Source of the DNA: an uncultured Candidatus Saccharibacteria bacterium | GTDB lineage: Bacteria; Patescibacteriota; Minisyncoccia; Phycocordibacterales; UBA5272 | Direction: 5' to 3' | Assembly: GCA_964348515.1 (NCBI GenBank) | Contig: CAYGDA010000001.1 | Coordinates: 11,357-75,356, forward strand | DNA: 64,000 nucleotides | Shown: positions 29,410 to 38,383 of the stretch, one piece after another | Position numbering within the stretch: the first letter of the stretch is position 1 | How the letters are laid out: the number at the start of each line of letters is the position of its first letter | Program-made: the position numbers and the translations under genes | Notes under the pieces: generated by a model | What the model saw: only the letters and a program-made list of their open reading frames with translations | Told to the model about the DNA's origin: nothing | Database searches by the model: none

Positions 29410-31254
29410 TTATTCTTCCTCATCACTTACTTTTTCTTCCACCACTTCATCATCAGCCAAAAATCCGCCGGCTTGAAGATTCCAAAGCTTGTTATACAAA
29501 CCTCCTTCACGTGTAGAAAGCTCATCATGTTTCCCGTCTTCCACAACTGTACCGTTATCCAACACCAATATGCGGTCCATTTTACGGATTGTAGAAAGAC
29601 GGTGAGCAATGACGATTGAGGTCTTCCCTTCCATCAGTTTATCCAGCGCGTCCTGAATCAAATACTCGGAATGCGAATCTAAGCTTGATGTGGCCTCGTC
29701 CAAAATAAGAATAGGCGCGTTCTTTAAAATGGCGCGGGCAATGGCAATACGCTGGCGTTCCCCTCCGGAAAGCTTAATCCCCCTCTCGCCAACATACGTT
29801 TCGTAACCATATGGGAGTCCTTTTATAAATTCATCGCAATGCGCCAAATCCCCCGCCCGTTTTACTTCTTCGTCAGTCGCGTCTCTGCGTCCATATCTTA
29901 TGTTTTCCAAAAGCGTACGGTGAAAAAGAATGGGGTCCTGCGGCACAAGGGCAATATTACCGCGTAGCGATTCCAAGGTGACGCTTTTTATGTCCTGCCC
30001 GTCAATTTTAATTTTACCGCCGGAGACATCATAAAGGCGCATAATAAGGCGCACGATGGTGGATTTACCGGAACCGGACGGTCCCACAAGCGCTGTTTTC
30101 TCACCTCCACGAATTTCCAAATTAAAACTTTTCAGCACTTCCCTGCCTTTCTTAAAAGTGAACGCGGCATCTTCAAAATACATATTCCCTTTAAATATTT
30201 TTAAAGGGCTTGCCTCCGGGGAATCTTTTATCTCCTGCGGCAAAACCAAAACATCCACCATTTCCTTGGCGTCGGCAAAACTCTGGTACAGATCGCGTAT
30301 TATCCGCGAAAAATCCCAAAGCTGCCCCCCTAAACTTATTATATAAGCTTGTATAAGCACAAATGTCCCAACAGTAAAAATACCGGCCTGCCAATATTTT
30401 ATGGAAAAGTAAAAAAGCGCAAGCTCGGCCACAATAAGAAAACCCGCCTGTACTGAGTCGGTAATTCCGTGTAAATTCCAAGTGAACCTGGTAATACGCG
30501 CCTGCTCTCCCGTTACTTCCCTGAAGTAATCCGTTTCCGCTTTCTCACCGTTAAAAAGCTGGACTGTGTTGTGATTAGTTATGGCATCAGAAAGCACGGC
30601 CGTGCTGAATGAATCGGCTTCAGCCCGTTCTATTTCATATTTAAGTTTCCAGCGCGTAAAAAAGTAATTAAAAATCATAAAAGCAAACACCAGCGCGATT
30701 ATGGAAAAAGTTATTACCGGTTCTATGAACCAAACGACTATACTCATCCCCGTTATGCGCACACCGAGCGGGATAATGCTCCAGAGAAGTCTGTCCGCTA
30801 GAACTTCAAAGCTTCTGGCGAAACGGTTAACTCTCTGGACAAGCGAACCGGTAAACCGACTGGCAAAAAAAGAATAGGAATGACCCAAAAGGTATTCAAA
30901 AGAAATCCTCTTTAAACCGGCCATAACTTTTGTCTGAAATCCGGCATTTACAAAACTGGCGCTCCGGAAAGCGGCCCATGACACTGCGTTTAACGCAAAA
31001 ATATAAAAAATAGTTTTAACAAGAACAGGGGTCGCCTGTACTTTGTTGTCTGAAGATGCGGTAAGCACATCAAAAAATTGTTTGTAAAAAACCGGAGTGA
31101 AAATACTTACCAGCCCCGTAATAACCAGAGCGGACGCGACAAAAACAGCCGACCAAACATGTGGATGTATGGCTTTCCAATATTCTTTTAGCACTTGGGT
31201 CTTTGTTGAGAGAGTTTCTTCCCTGTGTCTGGTTTTTTTATGCATTTTTTGCAT
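29410..31254 (-). CDS. ABC transporter, fused permease/ATP-binding exporter (MsbA/ABCB-like)
   Basis: Six-TM domain followed by Walker A 'GPSGSGKST', signature 'LSGGERQRIAIARA', Walker B 'ILILDEATS'. Start chosen at MQKMHKK. The long upstream in-frame extension is unlikely. Confidence 0.85.
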   Translation of the reverse strand: MQKMHKKTRHREETLSTKTQVLKEYWKAIHPHVWSAVFVASALVITGLVSIFTPVFYKQFFDVLTASSDNKVQATPVLVKTIFYIFALNAVSWAAFRSASFVNAGFQTKVMAGLKRISFEYLLGHSYSFFASRFTGSLVQRVNRFARSFEVLADRLLWSIIPLGVRITGMSIVVWFIEPVITFSIIALVFAFMIFNYFFTRWKLKYEIERAEADSFSTAVLSDAITNHNTVQLFNGEKAETDYFREVTGEQARITRFTWNLHGITDSVQAGFLIVAELALFYFSIKYWQAGIFTVGTFVLIQAYIISLGGQLWDFSRIIRDLYQSFADAKEMVDVLVLPQEIKDSPEASPLKIFKGNMYFEDAAFTFKKGREVLKSFNLEIRGGEKTALVGPSGSGKSTIVRLIMRLYDVSGGKIKIDGQDIKSVTLESLRGNIALVPQDPILFHRTLLENIRYGRRDATDEEVKRAGDLAHCDEFIKGLPYGYETYVGERGIKLSGGERQRIAIARAILKNAPILILDEATSSLDSHSEYLIQDALDKLMEGKTSIVIAHRLSTIRKMDRILVLDNGTVVEDGKHDELSTREGGLYNKLWNLQAGGFLADDEVVEEKVSDEEE

Positions 31255-31299
31255 AGTTTTTCTTTTCCGCCATAAACGGACACTCCCCGCCTTTTGGGC

Positions 31300-31324
31300 G
31301 AGGATATGATAGGGCATTATCCTC
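31300..31324. promoter_or_regulatory. inverted repeat GAGGATA-N11-TATCCTC in divergent promoter region
   Basis: 7-bp perfect inverted repeat between the ABC exporter (-) start and the 31409 (+) gene. Candidate regulator binding site. Confidence 0.25.
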
Positions 31325-31408
31325 CTTTTCTCCCAAAAAGAAAAGATAATTGCCACATAATACTTTTTGTTGTAGAAAATATTAAGACAAACATACCGAG
31401 GGGGCGAA

Positions 31409-31918
31409 ATGTACTTCAAAAGAGGTTCCAGCCGTCTTGTTCTGGTGGCCGGAAACACCGCGGTAAAGTTTGCGATGTTCCGCGGATTTTATTTTGTCCG
31501 CCGGTTTCTTTACTGGAAAAAACAGGGTCTGGTGTGGAAACGCATGCAAATGCACAACCCAAATATCCCTTTAGCCATACTGAAAGGGTTATTTTCCGGC
31601 ATCGTCGCGAATTTGACCGAATGGAAAATCAGCAGAGAACATCCGGACCTTCCTCTGGCAAAAACGCTTTTTTCGCTGGGATTGGTAAATATCCAGGAAC
31701 GGCCACTAAGAATGATCATGTCTCCGGAACTTCCCGACTGTCCGTTCAGAGAACTCCGGGATTGCCACACCAACACCGTGGATCTGAACAAACCGGAACA
31801 TTTTGGATGGCTCGGCGGCCGCATAGTTCTTGTTGACTACGGGACAGGTGAATTCAAACGGGCCCTGGGTGAACATTACCCGGAGGAAAACAGAGCGAAA
31901 GTTTTTTCACCACGCTAG
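31409..31918 (+). CDS. hypothetical protein (moderately GC-enriched)
   Basis: 169-aa ORF with strong SD 'GAGGGGG' 5 nt upstream and its own hairpin terminator. No recognisable family ('HFGWLGGRIVLVDYG' region is distinctive). Confidence 0.55.
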   Translation: MYFKRGSSRLVLVAGNTAVKFAMFRGFYFVRRFLYWKKQGLVWKRMQMHNPNIPLAILKGLFSGIVANLTEWKISREHPDLPLAKTLFSLGLVNIQERPLRMIMSPELPDCPFRELRDCHTNTVDLNKPEHFGWLGGRIVLVDYGTGEFKRALGEHYPEENRAKVFSPR

Positions 31919-31920
31919 AC

Positions 31921-31957
31921 GCGCAGCCAAGTTGGCTGCGTTTTTTAATTAAAAAAC
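31921..31957. terminator. bidirectional intrinsic terminator
   Basis: CGCAGCCAA-G-TTGGCTGCG hairpin followed by TTTTTTAATTAAAAAA. Usable on both strands between convergent genes. Confidence 0.55.
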
Positions 31958-31999
31958 AGCGCCATTTGTATTGGTACTGTTTGCCTCTCAGTCGAAACA

Positions 32000-32629
32000 C
32001 TACGAAGGCTTCATAAGACGCACAACCGCTTCCCCTCCGAGAACGACAACCATGTCCTGATTGCGGGCTTCGACAGAAAGGGTGACCCTTCTTTTTTCGG
32101 CATCGAGACCGGTCACTGTAACACGCGTGGTTATCCTGTCCCCGATGAAAACCGGGGCCTTGAAAAGGAAAGACTGGGACTCGTAGAGTGTCCCGGCGCC
32201 GGGTAATTCCTTGGACAAAAGCGCCGAAACGAAAGAACCGACGAGCATCCCATGGGCAATAGGACGCTTGAACCTGGTGCCGGCCGCATGAGCCTCGCTG
32301 AAATGCAGGACATTCCAATCGTCGCTTGCCCGTGCAAAATAAAGCAAAAGCTCCGGCTTTATCTCGGTCAGAGAAGAAGCCGTGTCCCCTATCCTCAGAA
32401 TGTTGAAAGGACGCGCGGGGCGGCTATCCTGGAAATACGGAGGAAAAGTCCTGTAGGCGACTTTCCCGACGAGGTCGGCGTGCAGCTCTATTGCCGCACG
32501 TCCAAATTCCCTTCCAAGCAACTGCGGGAACCCCCAGAAAGCGGCCCAAGCCGAGGCAACCAAATCTTCGGCACCGGGGCTGTCTGTTTGGGGAACTTCT
32601 GGAACTGTGGCACTTCCGGACTGGGTCAT
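32000..32629 (-). CDS. MaoC-like (R)-specific enoyl-CoA hydratase/dehydratase (hotdog fold)
   Basis: 'DDWNVLHFSEAHAAGTRFKRPIAHGML' is the MaoC hydratase motif (D-x-N-x2-H...A-H-G). Very GC-rich coding sequence with a 'GGGAGG' SD. Confidence 0.8.
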   Translation of the reverse strand: MTQSGSATVPEVPQTDSPGAEDLVASAWAAFWGFPQLLGREFGRAAIELHADLVGKVAYRTFPPYFQDSRPARPFNILRIGDTASSLTEIKPELLLYFARASDDWNVLHFSEAHAAGTRFKRPIAHGMLVGSFVSALLSKELPGAGTLYESQSFLFKAPVFIGDRITTRVTVTGLDAEKRRVTLSVEARNQDMVVVLGGEAVVRLMKPS

Positions 32630-32717
32630 GACGACCTCCCTTCAAGTAAAACTTACAAAATGCAGGAACCTCCTCTCTATATCGTACTCCGATAAAAATA
32701 AAACCCTAAGTGGATAA

Positions 32718-33098
32718 CTACTTCTTAAGATCTTCCCACCATTCGTACGTAGCGGCCATAAAAAAAGAGGTGATGAAATAAACCGGCCACAATATCACAT
32801 ATAAAATAGTAATTTTTCCGTTCAGCCCCTGCCACCATTCATTAGTGAAAGCCAAAAAGAAGGCCAGCGGAACATAGATGGGAAAAAGAACGGCATAAAC
32901 AGTTTTTCTCACTATCGGTAAAGAGTCTGTGCGGAACAAATGCCTGTGGTGGAACCACACGAAATCATGCCTGCCTACGGCCACGCTCAGTACCTTGCCG
33001 GTGCCATTCAGAATCTTCTTTGAATACCTGCGGCGTCGGCTTCCGGATTTTCCTCCCAGACGGTTTGCTGTTTTTTCAATTAAAAATCGGCGGAACAT
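32718..33098 (-). CDS. hypothetical small membrane protein with duplicated TM-'EWW' module
   Basis: Two hydrophobic helices each followed by 'NEWWQGL' / 'YEWWEDL'. Basic N-terminal tail. Start uncertain. Confidence 0.35.
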   Translation of the reverse strand: MFRRFLIEKTANRLGGKSGSRRRRYSKKILNGTGKVLSVAVGRHDFVWFHHRHLFRTDSLPIVRKTVYAVLFPIYVPLAFFLAFTNEWWQGLNGKITILYVILWPVYFITSFFMAATYEWWEDLKK

Positions 33099-33128
33099 AA
33101 TTGCAATCTTTATATTCTATCAAAAATA

Positions 33129-34367
33129 TCATTCATACCTAAGAGCTTCTATCGGACTCTTCCCCGCCGCTTTTCGGGCCGGGTAAATTCCAAATATAAG
33201 ACCCACGGCGCTGGAAACTCCTATGCCTATAAGCGCCGCATTGATGGGAAAACTGAATGTCCAGGCCAATCCGTACACATTACTTATTGCAAAAGAAATG
33301 GTAAAGGAAAGCAGGGCACCCAAAAGAATGCCTATTATTCCCCCAACCCCTGTTAACATAACCGCCTCAAAAAGAAACTGCGCAAGTATGTCCCGTCTTG
33401 TCGCCCCGATTGCTTTGCGCAAACCTATTTCCCTGGTTCTTTCCGTGACGGAAACGAGCATTATATTCATAATACCTATGCCCCCGACAAAAAGAGAAAT
33501 CGCCGCAACAAGCGCCAAAAACATTGTAAGAGTGGTCAGAATGGTGCCGACTGTCTTCATCGCGTCGGCCTGAGTTTCAATACCAAAATCATCTTTAGAC
33601 GGGTCGGTGATGTTGTGCATGGTGCGCAAAGTTGTTTTGATGTCTTCCACCGTCTGCAGGACGTTAGCTTCTGAATCCGCGCGCACGACTATGCGGTTAA
33701 AATGTTTTATACCGAAAATATAATTCTGTGCCGTCGTGTATGGAACCATAGCCAACTCGTCAAAATTCAAAAACGAAGATCCTCCCTTTTTTGGAAGCAC
33801 TCCTATGACAAGAAAACTGCGCCCTTTCATTTTTATACGCTGTCCCAAAATATCGCCGCCCGGATACAATTCCTCCGCAACCTTTGAACCCAAAATGGCC
33901 ACATCGGCCGACCCGCGCACATCATCTTCTGTTATATTGCGGCCACGTTCCGGAAAGGCGTTGTATATCTCCGCCATAAGTCCGGTTCCTCCGATAATAG
34001 TAAGCCTGTAAGTCTGACCTTCAAAAGAACTGCTTTCACTCCCGAAGACAACAGGCATAATATCCTGCGCGTACGGAACATTCTCCTTGCGGCTCAAAGC
34101 ATCCAAATCGCGCTGTTTCAAAGAAGCCGTTAGGGTTGCCAAAATATCCGTCGGTCCTTTCGGTTGTCGTCCCGGCACAATCCCTACAACTTTGGAGCCG
34201 ATGCTCTGTATTTCTCCCAAAATCAGATTCTGCGCCCCTTGCCCCAAAGAAACCACCATTATGATTGCCGTGACTCCTATGACTATGCCGAGCGTTGTCA
34301 AAGCTGAACGCGTTTTATTTGTTTTAAGTCCTGTTAATGCTGTGCGGATTGTGTGTCGGAGTGTCAT
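33129..34367 (-). CDS. ABC transporter permease, MacB/FtsX family
   Basis: N-terminal TM, large periplasmic domain, C-terminal FtsX-type 3-TM bundle. Starts 1 nt after the ATPase stop. Confidence 0.85.
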   Translation of the reverse strand: MTLRHTIRTALTGLKTNKTRSALTTLGIVIGVTAIIMVVSLGQGAQNLILGEIQSIGSKVVGIVPGRQPKGPTDILATLTASLKQRDLDALSRKENVPYAQDIMPVVFGSESSSFEGQTYRLTIIGGTGLMAEIYNAFPERGRNITEDDVRGSADVAILGSKVAEELYPGGDILGQRIKMKGRSFLVIGVLPKKGGSSFLNFDELAMVPYTTAQNYIFGIKHFNRIVVRADSEANVLQTVEDIKTTLRTMHNITDPSKDDFGIETQADAMKTVGTILTTLTMFLALVAAISLFVGGIGIMNIMLVSVTERTREIGLRKAIGATRRDILAQFLFEAVMLTGVGGIIGILLGALLSFTISFAISNVYGLAWTFSFPINAALIGIGVSSAVGLIFGIYPARKAAGKSPIEALRYE

Positions 34368-34368
34368 A

Positions 34369-35085
34369 TTATTTTTCAAAAATGCCGCCGGTCCGGCGAT
34401 TCGCGACCTTTGTGTCGCTCTCCACCGACCCGTCATAGATACGCACAATGCGTTCCGCGTATTCAGCCGTGTAGGTTTCGTGGGTAATCAATATGATAGT
34501 GTGGCCCTTTTCCGCATTCAATTTTTGGATAATCTTCATAATCAGGTCACCGGATTTTGAGTCAAGATTGCCCGTTGGTTCGTCGGCAAAAATGACCTGG
34601 GGGTTATTTACAAGAGCCCTGGCAATAGCCACGCGCTGTTTTTCACCGCCGGAAAGCTGAGAAGGCTCAAAATCCAGACGGTGAGTAAGCCCCACCGACT
34701 CAACGGCGTCGCGCGCCATTTTGTCCCACTCTTCCTCCCTAACACCGGAGTATACAAGCGGAAGTTTTACGTTTTCCAAAACCGTGGTACGCGGCAAAAG
34801 GTTGAATGATTGAAAAATAAAACCGAATTTTTTATTACGCACGCGCGCAATCTCTTCCTCTGAATATTCTTCCAGAGCCTTGCCTTCAAAGCGGTACTCC
34901 CCTCCCGTTGGCTTATCCAAAAAACCCAAAATATGAAGTATGGTGGATTTGCCGGAGCCCGACGGCCCCATAATGGCTATAAACTCTCCTTCATTTATGG
35001 AGAAAGTTACCTTCTTTAAAACATCCGTAGCCACCTGCTCATCATGATAAGTCTTCTCGATATTTTTAAGTTCTAAGAGAGGCAT
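34369..35085 (-). CDS. ABC transporter ATP-binding protein (MacB/LolD-type)
   Basis: Walker A 'GPSGSGKST', Q-loop, '[14 protein letters not shown]', Walker B '[11 protein letters not shown]', H-loop 'ILITHE'. Confidence 0.92.
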   Translation of the reverse strand: MPLLELKNIEKTYHDEQVATDVLKKVTFSINEGEFIAIMGPSGSGKSTILHILGFLDKPTGGEYRFEGKALEEYSEEEIARVRNKKFGFIFQSFNLLPRTTVLENVKLPLVYSGVREEEWDKMARDAVESVGLTHRLDFEPSQLSGGEKQRVAIARALVNNPQVIFADEPTGNLDSKSGDLIMKIIQKLNAEKGHTIILITHETYTAEYAERIVRIYDGSVESDTKVANRRTGGIFEK

Positions 35086-35101
35086 TTTTGAAATCTTTAC
35101 C

Positions 35102-36631
35102 TTACTCGCTTTTTACCATTTCTCCTTCGGATAGACCGCTTAAAATTTCAACATTGCCGTTTGAACCGCGCAGTCCGGTAGTAATCGTAACTTCGCGGAC
35201 AGATTCCCCTTCCACTACCGTAACGGTCTTTACGCCGGCTTTTGCCGTTATCACGCGTCCCGGAATGAAAAGAACGTCCTCTTTTTTCTCTCCGGCAATA
35301 TCTGTGTTGGCCGTCATACCGGACTTTATCCGCGGGTCATTTTCTTTGAACTGCAATTTTGTCGTGTAAGTCGGAACCCCGTCTATAACAGTTTCCGCCG
35401 GATTGATTTCGGTTATAACCGCCGTGAAGGCAACATCGCTTCCGTAAGCATCCAAAGTAACGCGCGCCAAGTATCCGATTTTTACTTTGGCAATATCGGC
35501 CTCGGGTATATTTGCCTCTATCTCATACAAAGCGTCGGAAATAACCGCAACCAAGGGAACGGCCGGGGAAGCAATTTCCCCGCGCTTGGCATCCTGTTTT
35601 GTCACAATCCCCAAAATAGGCGAACGGATAATTGTTTTGGCAAACTGAGCCTCCAAATTTGATACGCTGGCTTGCGCCGCGTCCAATCCGGCCTCCTGCG
35701 CCTTTATCTGATCAGCCGTTGAACCGGCAACTTTCAGAGATAATTTTGAGTTAGCGTTTGCCAATTTTTCTTCCGATGCTGAAATCGTACCCAAAGCGGT
35801 TGTTACGTTTGTTCTGGCCGTGCTTATGGCGGCTTTGTATGCGTCTATGGTGGTTTGGGAAAGAGTCGAACTTGTTGTGAGAGCATTAACTGCAAACGCC
35901 ACTTTATCAAGAAAAGCCTGGACTGAACGCAGGTTTGTTTTTGCCTCGATTATAAAACGGCTTACATCCGAAGTACCATTCAGCGCTGAAACTGAAGTTT
36001 TCCATGAAGTTAAAGTCCCTTCCAACATAAGACGGTTGCTTTCAATATCCGTCTTCAGTTGAAAATCATTAACGGCAAAAGAAAGCTGGGGGGTCGAACT
36101 GCGCGGATTAAGCATAAACTGGTCAACTTTGTTTCGTATTGCGTCATCTGCGCTCTGATAACCGTTCTTTATGTCATTGGTCGCGTCGTTCACCGCATTC
36201 TGCACTTCTGTGCGCGATATCTGCAGGTCTTCCTGGCGTGTTCCGCTCTTTAGCTCGGAAAGCTTTGCTTCTTCAGCCCTGACTATGGCTTTGGCCTGCG
36301 CCAGCTGCGCAGAAATATCTCCGTTTTCCAAAGCAACCAACGCCTCTCCGGCTCCCACCCTGTCTCCCACGCGGTGATAAACCATCGCTATGCGCCCCCC
36401 TTTTTCAAACGATAATTTGGCATCTTTTGCGGGTTTTACTTTCCCGGTCACAGAAACTGTCTGTTCGACGGTTCCCCTTATTACCTCTACTGTTTTAATT
36501 TCGGCTGTTTTGTTTGTCCCCCAGAAATACCAGCCGCCGGCCGCTAAAATTAAAGCTATAAAAGCTGAAACCCAAGGGCTCCCGGACACGAATGATTTAA
36601 TTCCCGTAAAAATTTCCGATATTTTTGCCAT
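35102..36631 (-). CDS. periplasmic adaptor subunit (HlyD/MacA family) of tripartite efflux system
   Basis: N-terminal TM anchor, lipoyl-like half '...RIAMVYHRVGDRVGAGEALVALE', long alpha-helical hairpin, beta-barrel C-terminal domain. Co-operonic with MacB-type ATPase and permease. Confidence 0.8.
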   Translation of the reverse strand: MAKISEIFTGIKSFVSGSPWVSAFIALILAAGGWYFWGTNKTAEIKTVEVIRGTVEQTVSVTGKVKPAKDAKLSFEKGGRIAMVYHRVGDRVGAGEALVALENGDISAQLAQAKAIVRAEEAKLSELKSGTRQEDLQISRTEVQNAVNDATNDIKNGYQSADDAIRNKVDQFMLNPRSSTPQLSFAVNDFQLKTDIESNRLMLEGTLTSWKTSVSALNGTSDVSRFIIEAKTNLRSVQAFLDKVAFAVNALTTSSTLSQTTIDAYKAAISTARTNVTTALGTISASEEKLANANSKLSLKVAGSTADQIKAQEAGLDAAQASVSNLEAQFAKTIIRSPILGIVTKQDAKRGEIASPAVPLVAVISDALYEIEANIPEADIAKVKIGYLARVTLDAYGSDVAFTAVITEINPAETVIDGVPTYTTKLQFKENDPRIKSGMTANTDIAGEKKEDVLFIPGRVITAKAGVKTVTVVEGESVREVTITTGLRGSNGNVEILSGLSEGEMVKSE

Positions 36632-36715
36632 AAATTAAGAGACAGGTTAGTTTTAATCCTTGAACTGAATTATAACATTTTTTGCGTTTTTTTCATCCGG
36701 CAATACAATGGGGAT

Positions 36716-37915
36716 ATGAAGACCTCTTTCACCGCCCTTGATACCTACGGAGTCTGTCCACTCAAATATAAATTTCAGGAAATAGAAAAGCTTGAAACAC
36801 CCAAACGCATAGATGCCGTATTTGGAACGCTCATCCATTCCGCGCTTAAATATATGTTCGAAGCAAGTCCCCTCTTCCCGGCCGAAGACGAAGTTGTAAA
36901 TTTTTTCTCCTCAAAATGGAACGACCGGAGAGGTACGGTCGTTTGGTCCGATGAATCGCGCAAGGAAAAAGAAGAAAAACTGTATTACGAGGAGGGCGTA
37001 AAGCTACTCAGAAATTTTTACCAAAAAAACCAGCCCTGGCGTTTTAATCCGGTGGCGCTGGAAAGCAGATTTTGGCTGGAACTTCCGGACGACAAAACCG
37101 GAGAAACACACACCATAGCCGGAGTGATAGACCGAATAGACAAAAACCTAACCGACGATTCTTTTGAACTAATAGACTACAAAACTGGGAAAAGGCTTCC
37201 GTCGCAGGATATGGTTAATGAAAACCTTCAACTTGGACTTTACGAGCTTGCTTTGGTTGATCGCTGGCCGGAAGCGGGTAAAAAAACGATACACGCGTCT
37301 CTTTTTTTCCTGAAACATAATGAAAAAATAACCGCCGCACCTACGGAATCAAAAGAAGAACGCCGAGCCCGGACACGGCAGACAATTCTGGAGAAAATCC
37401 GTGAAATAGAAATGCGTAAGGAAAAAGGCGACTTCCCTCCCCAACCGGGACCGCTGTGCGATTATTGCGGATTTAGAGCGATGTGCCCCATGTGGTCGCA
37501 CGAATACAAAAAGAAAGAAGGAGCAACCGAAGAAGAACTGAAGAAAGCCGTAGAACAATTTTTTGAATCAAAAAAAGAAGAAAGCGGGCTAAAAGAAAAA
37601 ATATCTGCAGCCAGGGATATTATTCTTGAATACATGGAGCGCGAAAATGTCGGACGCGTTTTTGGAGACGCCGGATTTCTGACTAAAACCGTAACTGAAA
37701 AAAGATCCTTCGACCTGGAAAAAGCAACCCCGCTTCTGGAGAAAGCCGGACTTATTCAAAAAATCTTGGAACCGGACGAAAAGAAACTGGCGGAAATTTA
37801 TGAGACTCTGCCTCAGGACGTTAAAGAATCTCTTTCCGTGGCAATAAAACAGAAAAAAACCACTATGCTAAAAGCAACCAAAAAAACAGGTAGCGAGGAC
37901 GACTCCGCGGAATAA
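36716..37915 (+). CDS. PD-(D/E)XK nuclease family protein, Cas4/AddB-like with 4-Cys Fe-S cluster and K/E-rich C-terminal tail
   Basis: 'YGVCPLKYKF' (first Cys, motif I), 'IDRIDK...FELIDYKTGK' (motifs II/III), 'LQLGLYELAL' (QxxxY) and 'CDYCGFRAMCP' (three C-terminal Cys). Confidence 0.75.
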   Translation: MKTSFTALDTYGVCPLKYKFQEIEKLETPKRIDAVFGTLIHSALKYMFEASPLFPAEDEVVNFFSSKWNDRRGTVVWSDESRKEKEEKLYYEEGVKLLRNFYQKNQPWRFNPVALESRFWLELPDDKTGETHTIAGVIDRIDKNLTDDSFELIDYKTGKRLPSQDMVNENLQLGLYELALVDRWPEAGKKTIHASLFFLKHNEKITAAPTESKEERRARTRQTILEKIREIEMRKEKGDFPPQPGPLCDYCGFRAMCPMWSHEYKKKEGATEEELKKAVEQFFESKKEESGLKEKISAARDIILEYMERENVGRVFGDAGFLTKTVTEKRSFDLEKATPLLEKAGLIQKILEPDEKKLAEIYETLPQDVKESLSVAIKQKKTTMLKATKKTGSEDDSAE

Positions 37916-37924
37916 AACCGGTGC

Positions 37925-38383
37925 TTACTTAACGCAGGAAGACGCCGGATGATACCCGGCGTTTTCAGCCTCTTCCTTAGAATTAAAATACACGCGGTTT
38001 TTTTCCTTTATTCTATTTACCCCGCTACACCATGAAAAATAATAGGAACGGGTCGTTCTTGTGCCGGTTATAGCCGCCCCTGCTCCTGCCGCTGAAGCCG
38101 TCTGGTTTACTGAGCCCTCGCCGGAGATATCCGCCGCCGGGGACAGATAAACATCGCTTGAAGTCGCCATTGTTATAACAACAGGCGGGCGCGGCGCCAG
38201 AACAGAAACCCTTCCCAGACCGAACGAGAAAAGCGCCGTTCCTATAAGGACCAAAACGACAAAAACATCGCGGGTTGTGGCATTTTCAAGCCCGGAGGCA
38301 AAAGATGCCAAATTACCCGTCCAACTCTTGATTTTTAAGCTAATCTTATGTAGTATGTCTGCCACATATAGATTATAGAACAT
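37925..38383 (-). CDS. membrane-anchored protein with C-terminal Ada-like metal-binding domain
   Basis: TM helix 'VFVVLVLIGTALFSFGLG'. C-terminal 'TTRSYYFSWCSGVNRIKEKNRVYFNSKEEAENAGYHPASSC' aligns with the Ada N-terminal Zn-binding domain (TTGIYCRPSC...NVxFFxSxxEAxxAGFRPCKRC), but only 2 of the 4 Cys are retained. Start uncertain; the ORF-track start would overlap rpmA. Confidence 0.45.
   Translation of the reverse strand: MFYNLYVADILHKISLKIKSWTGNLASFASGLENATTRDVFVVLVLIGTALFSFGLGRVSVLAPRPPVVITMATSSDVYLSPAADISGEGSVNQTASAAGAGAAITGTRTTRSYYFSWCSGVNRIKEKNRVYFNSKEEAENAGYHPASSCVK

Noticed and set aside
31294-32695. Multiple overlapping ORFs in the MaoC island (31294..31836 +, 31510..31824 -, 31854..32318 -, 32131..32337 -, 32252..32695 +, 32424..32645 -)
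   Set aside because: They are mutually exclusive with the two ORFs that have SDs, the shared terminator and (for MaoC) clear family motifs.
33223-34011. Plus-strand ORFs (33223..33573, 33702..33887, 33736..34011, 34087..34560) over the MacB permease/ATPase genes
   Set aside because: They are antisense to ABC transporter genes with Walker and FtsX motifs.
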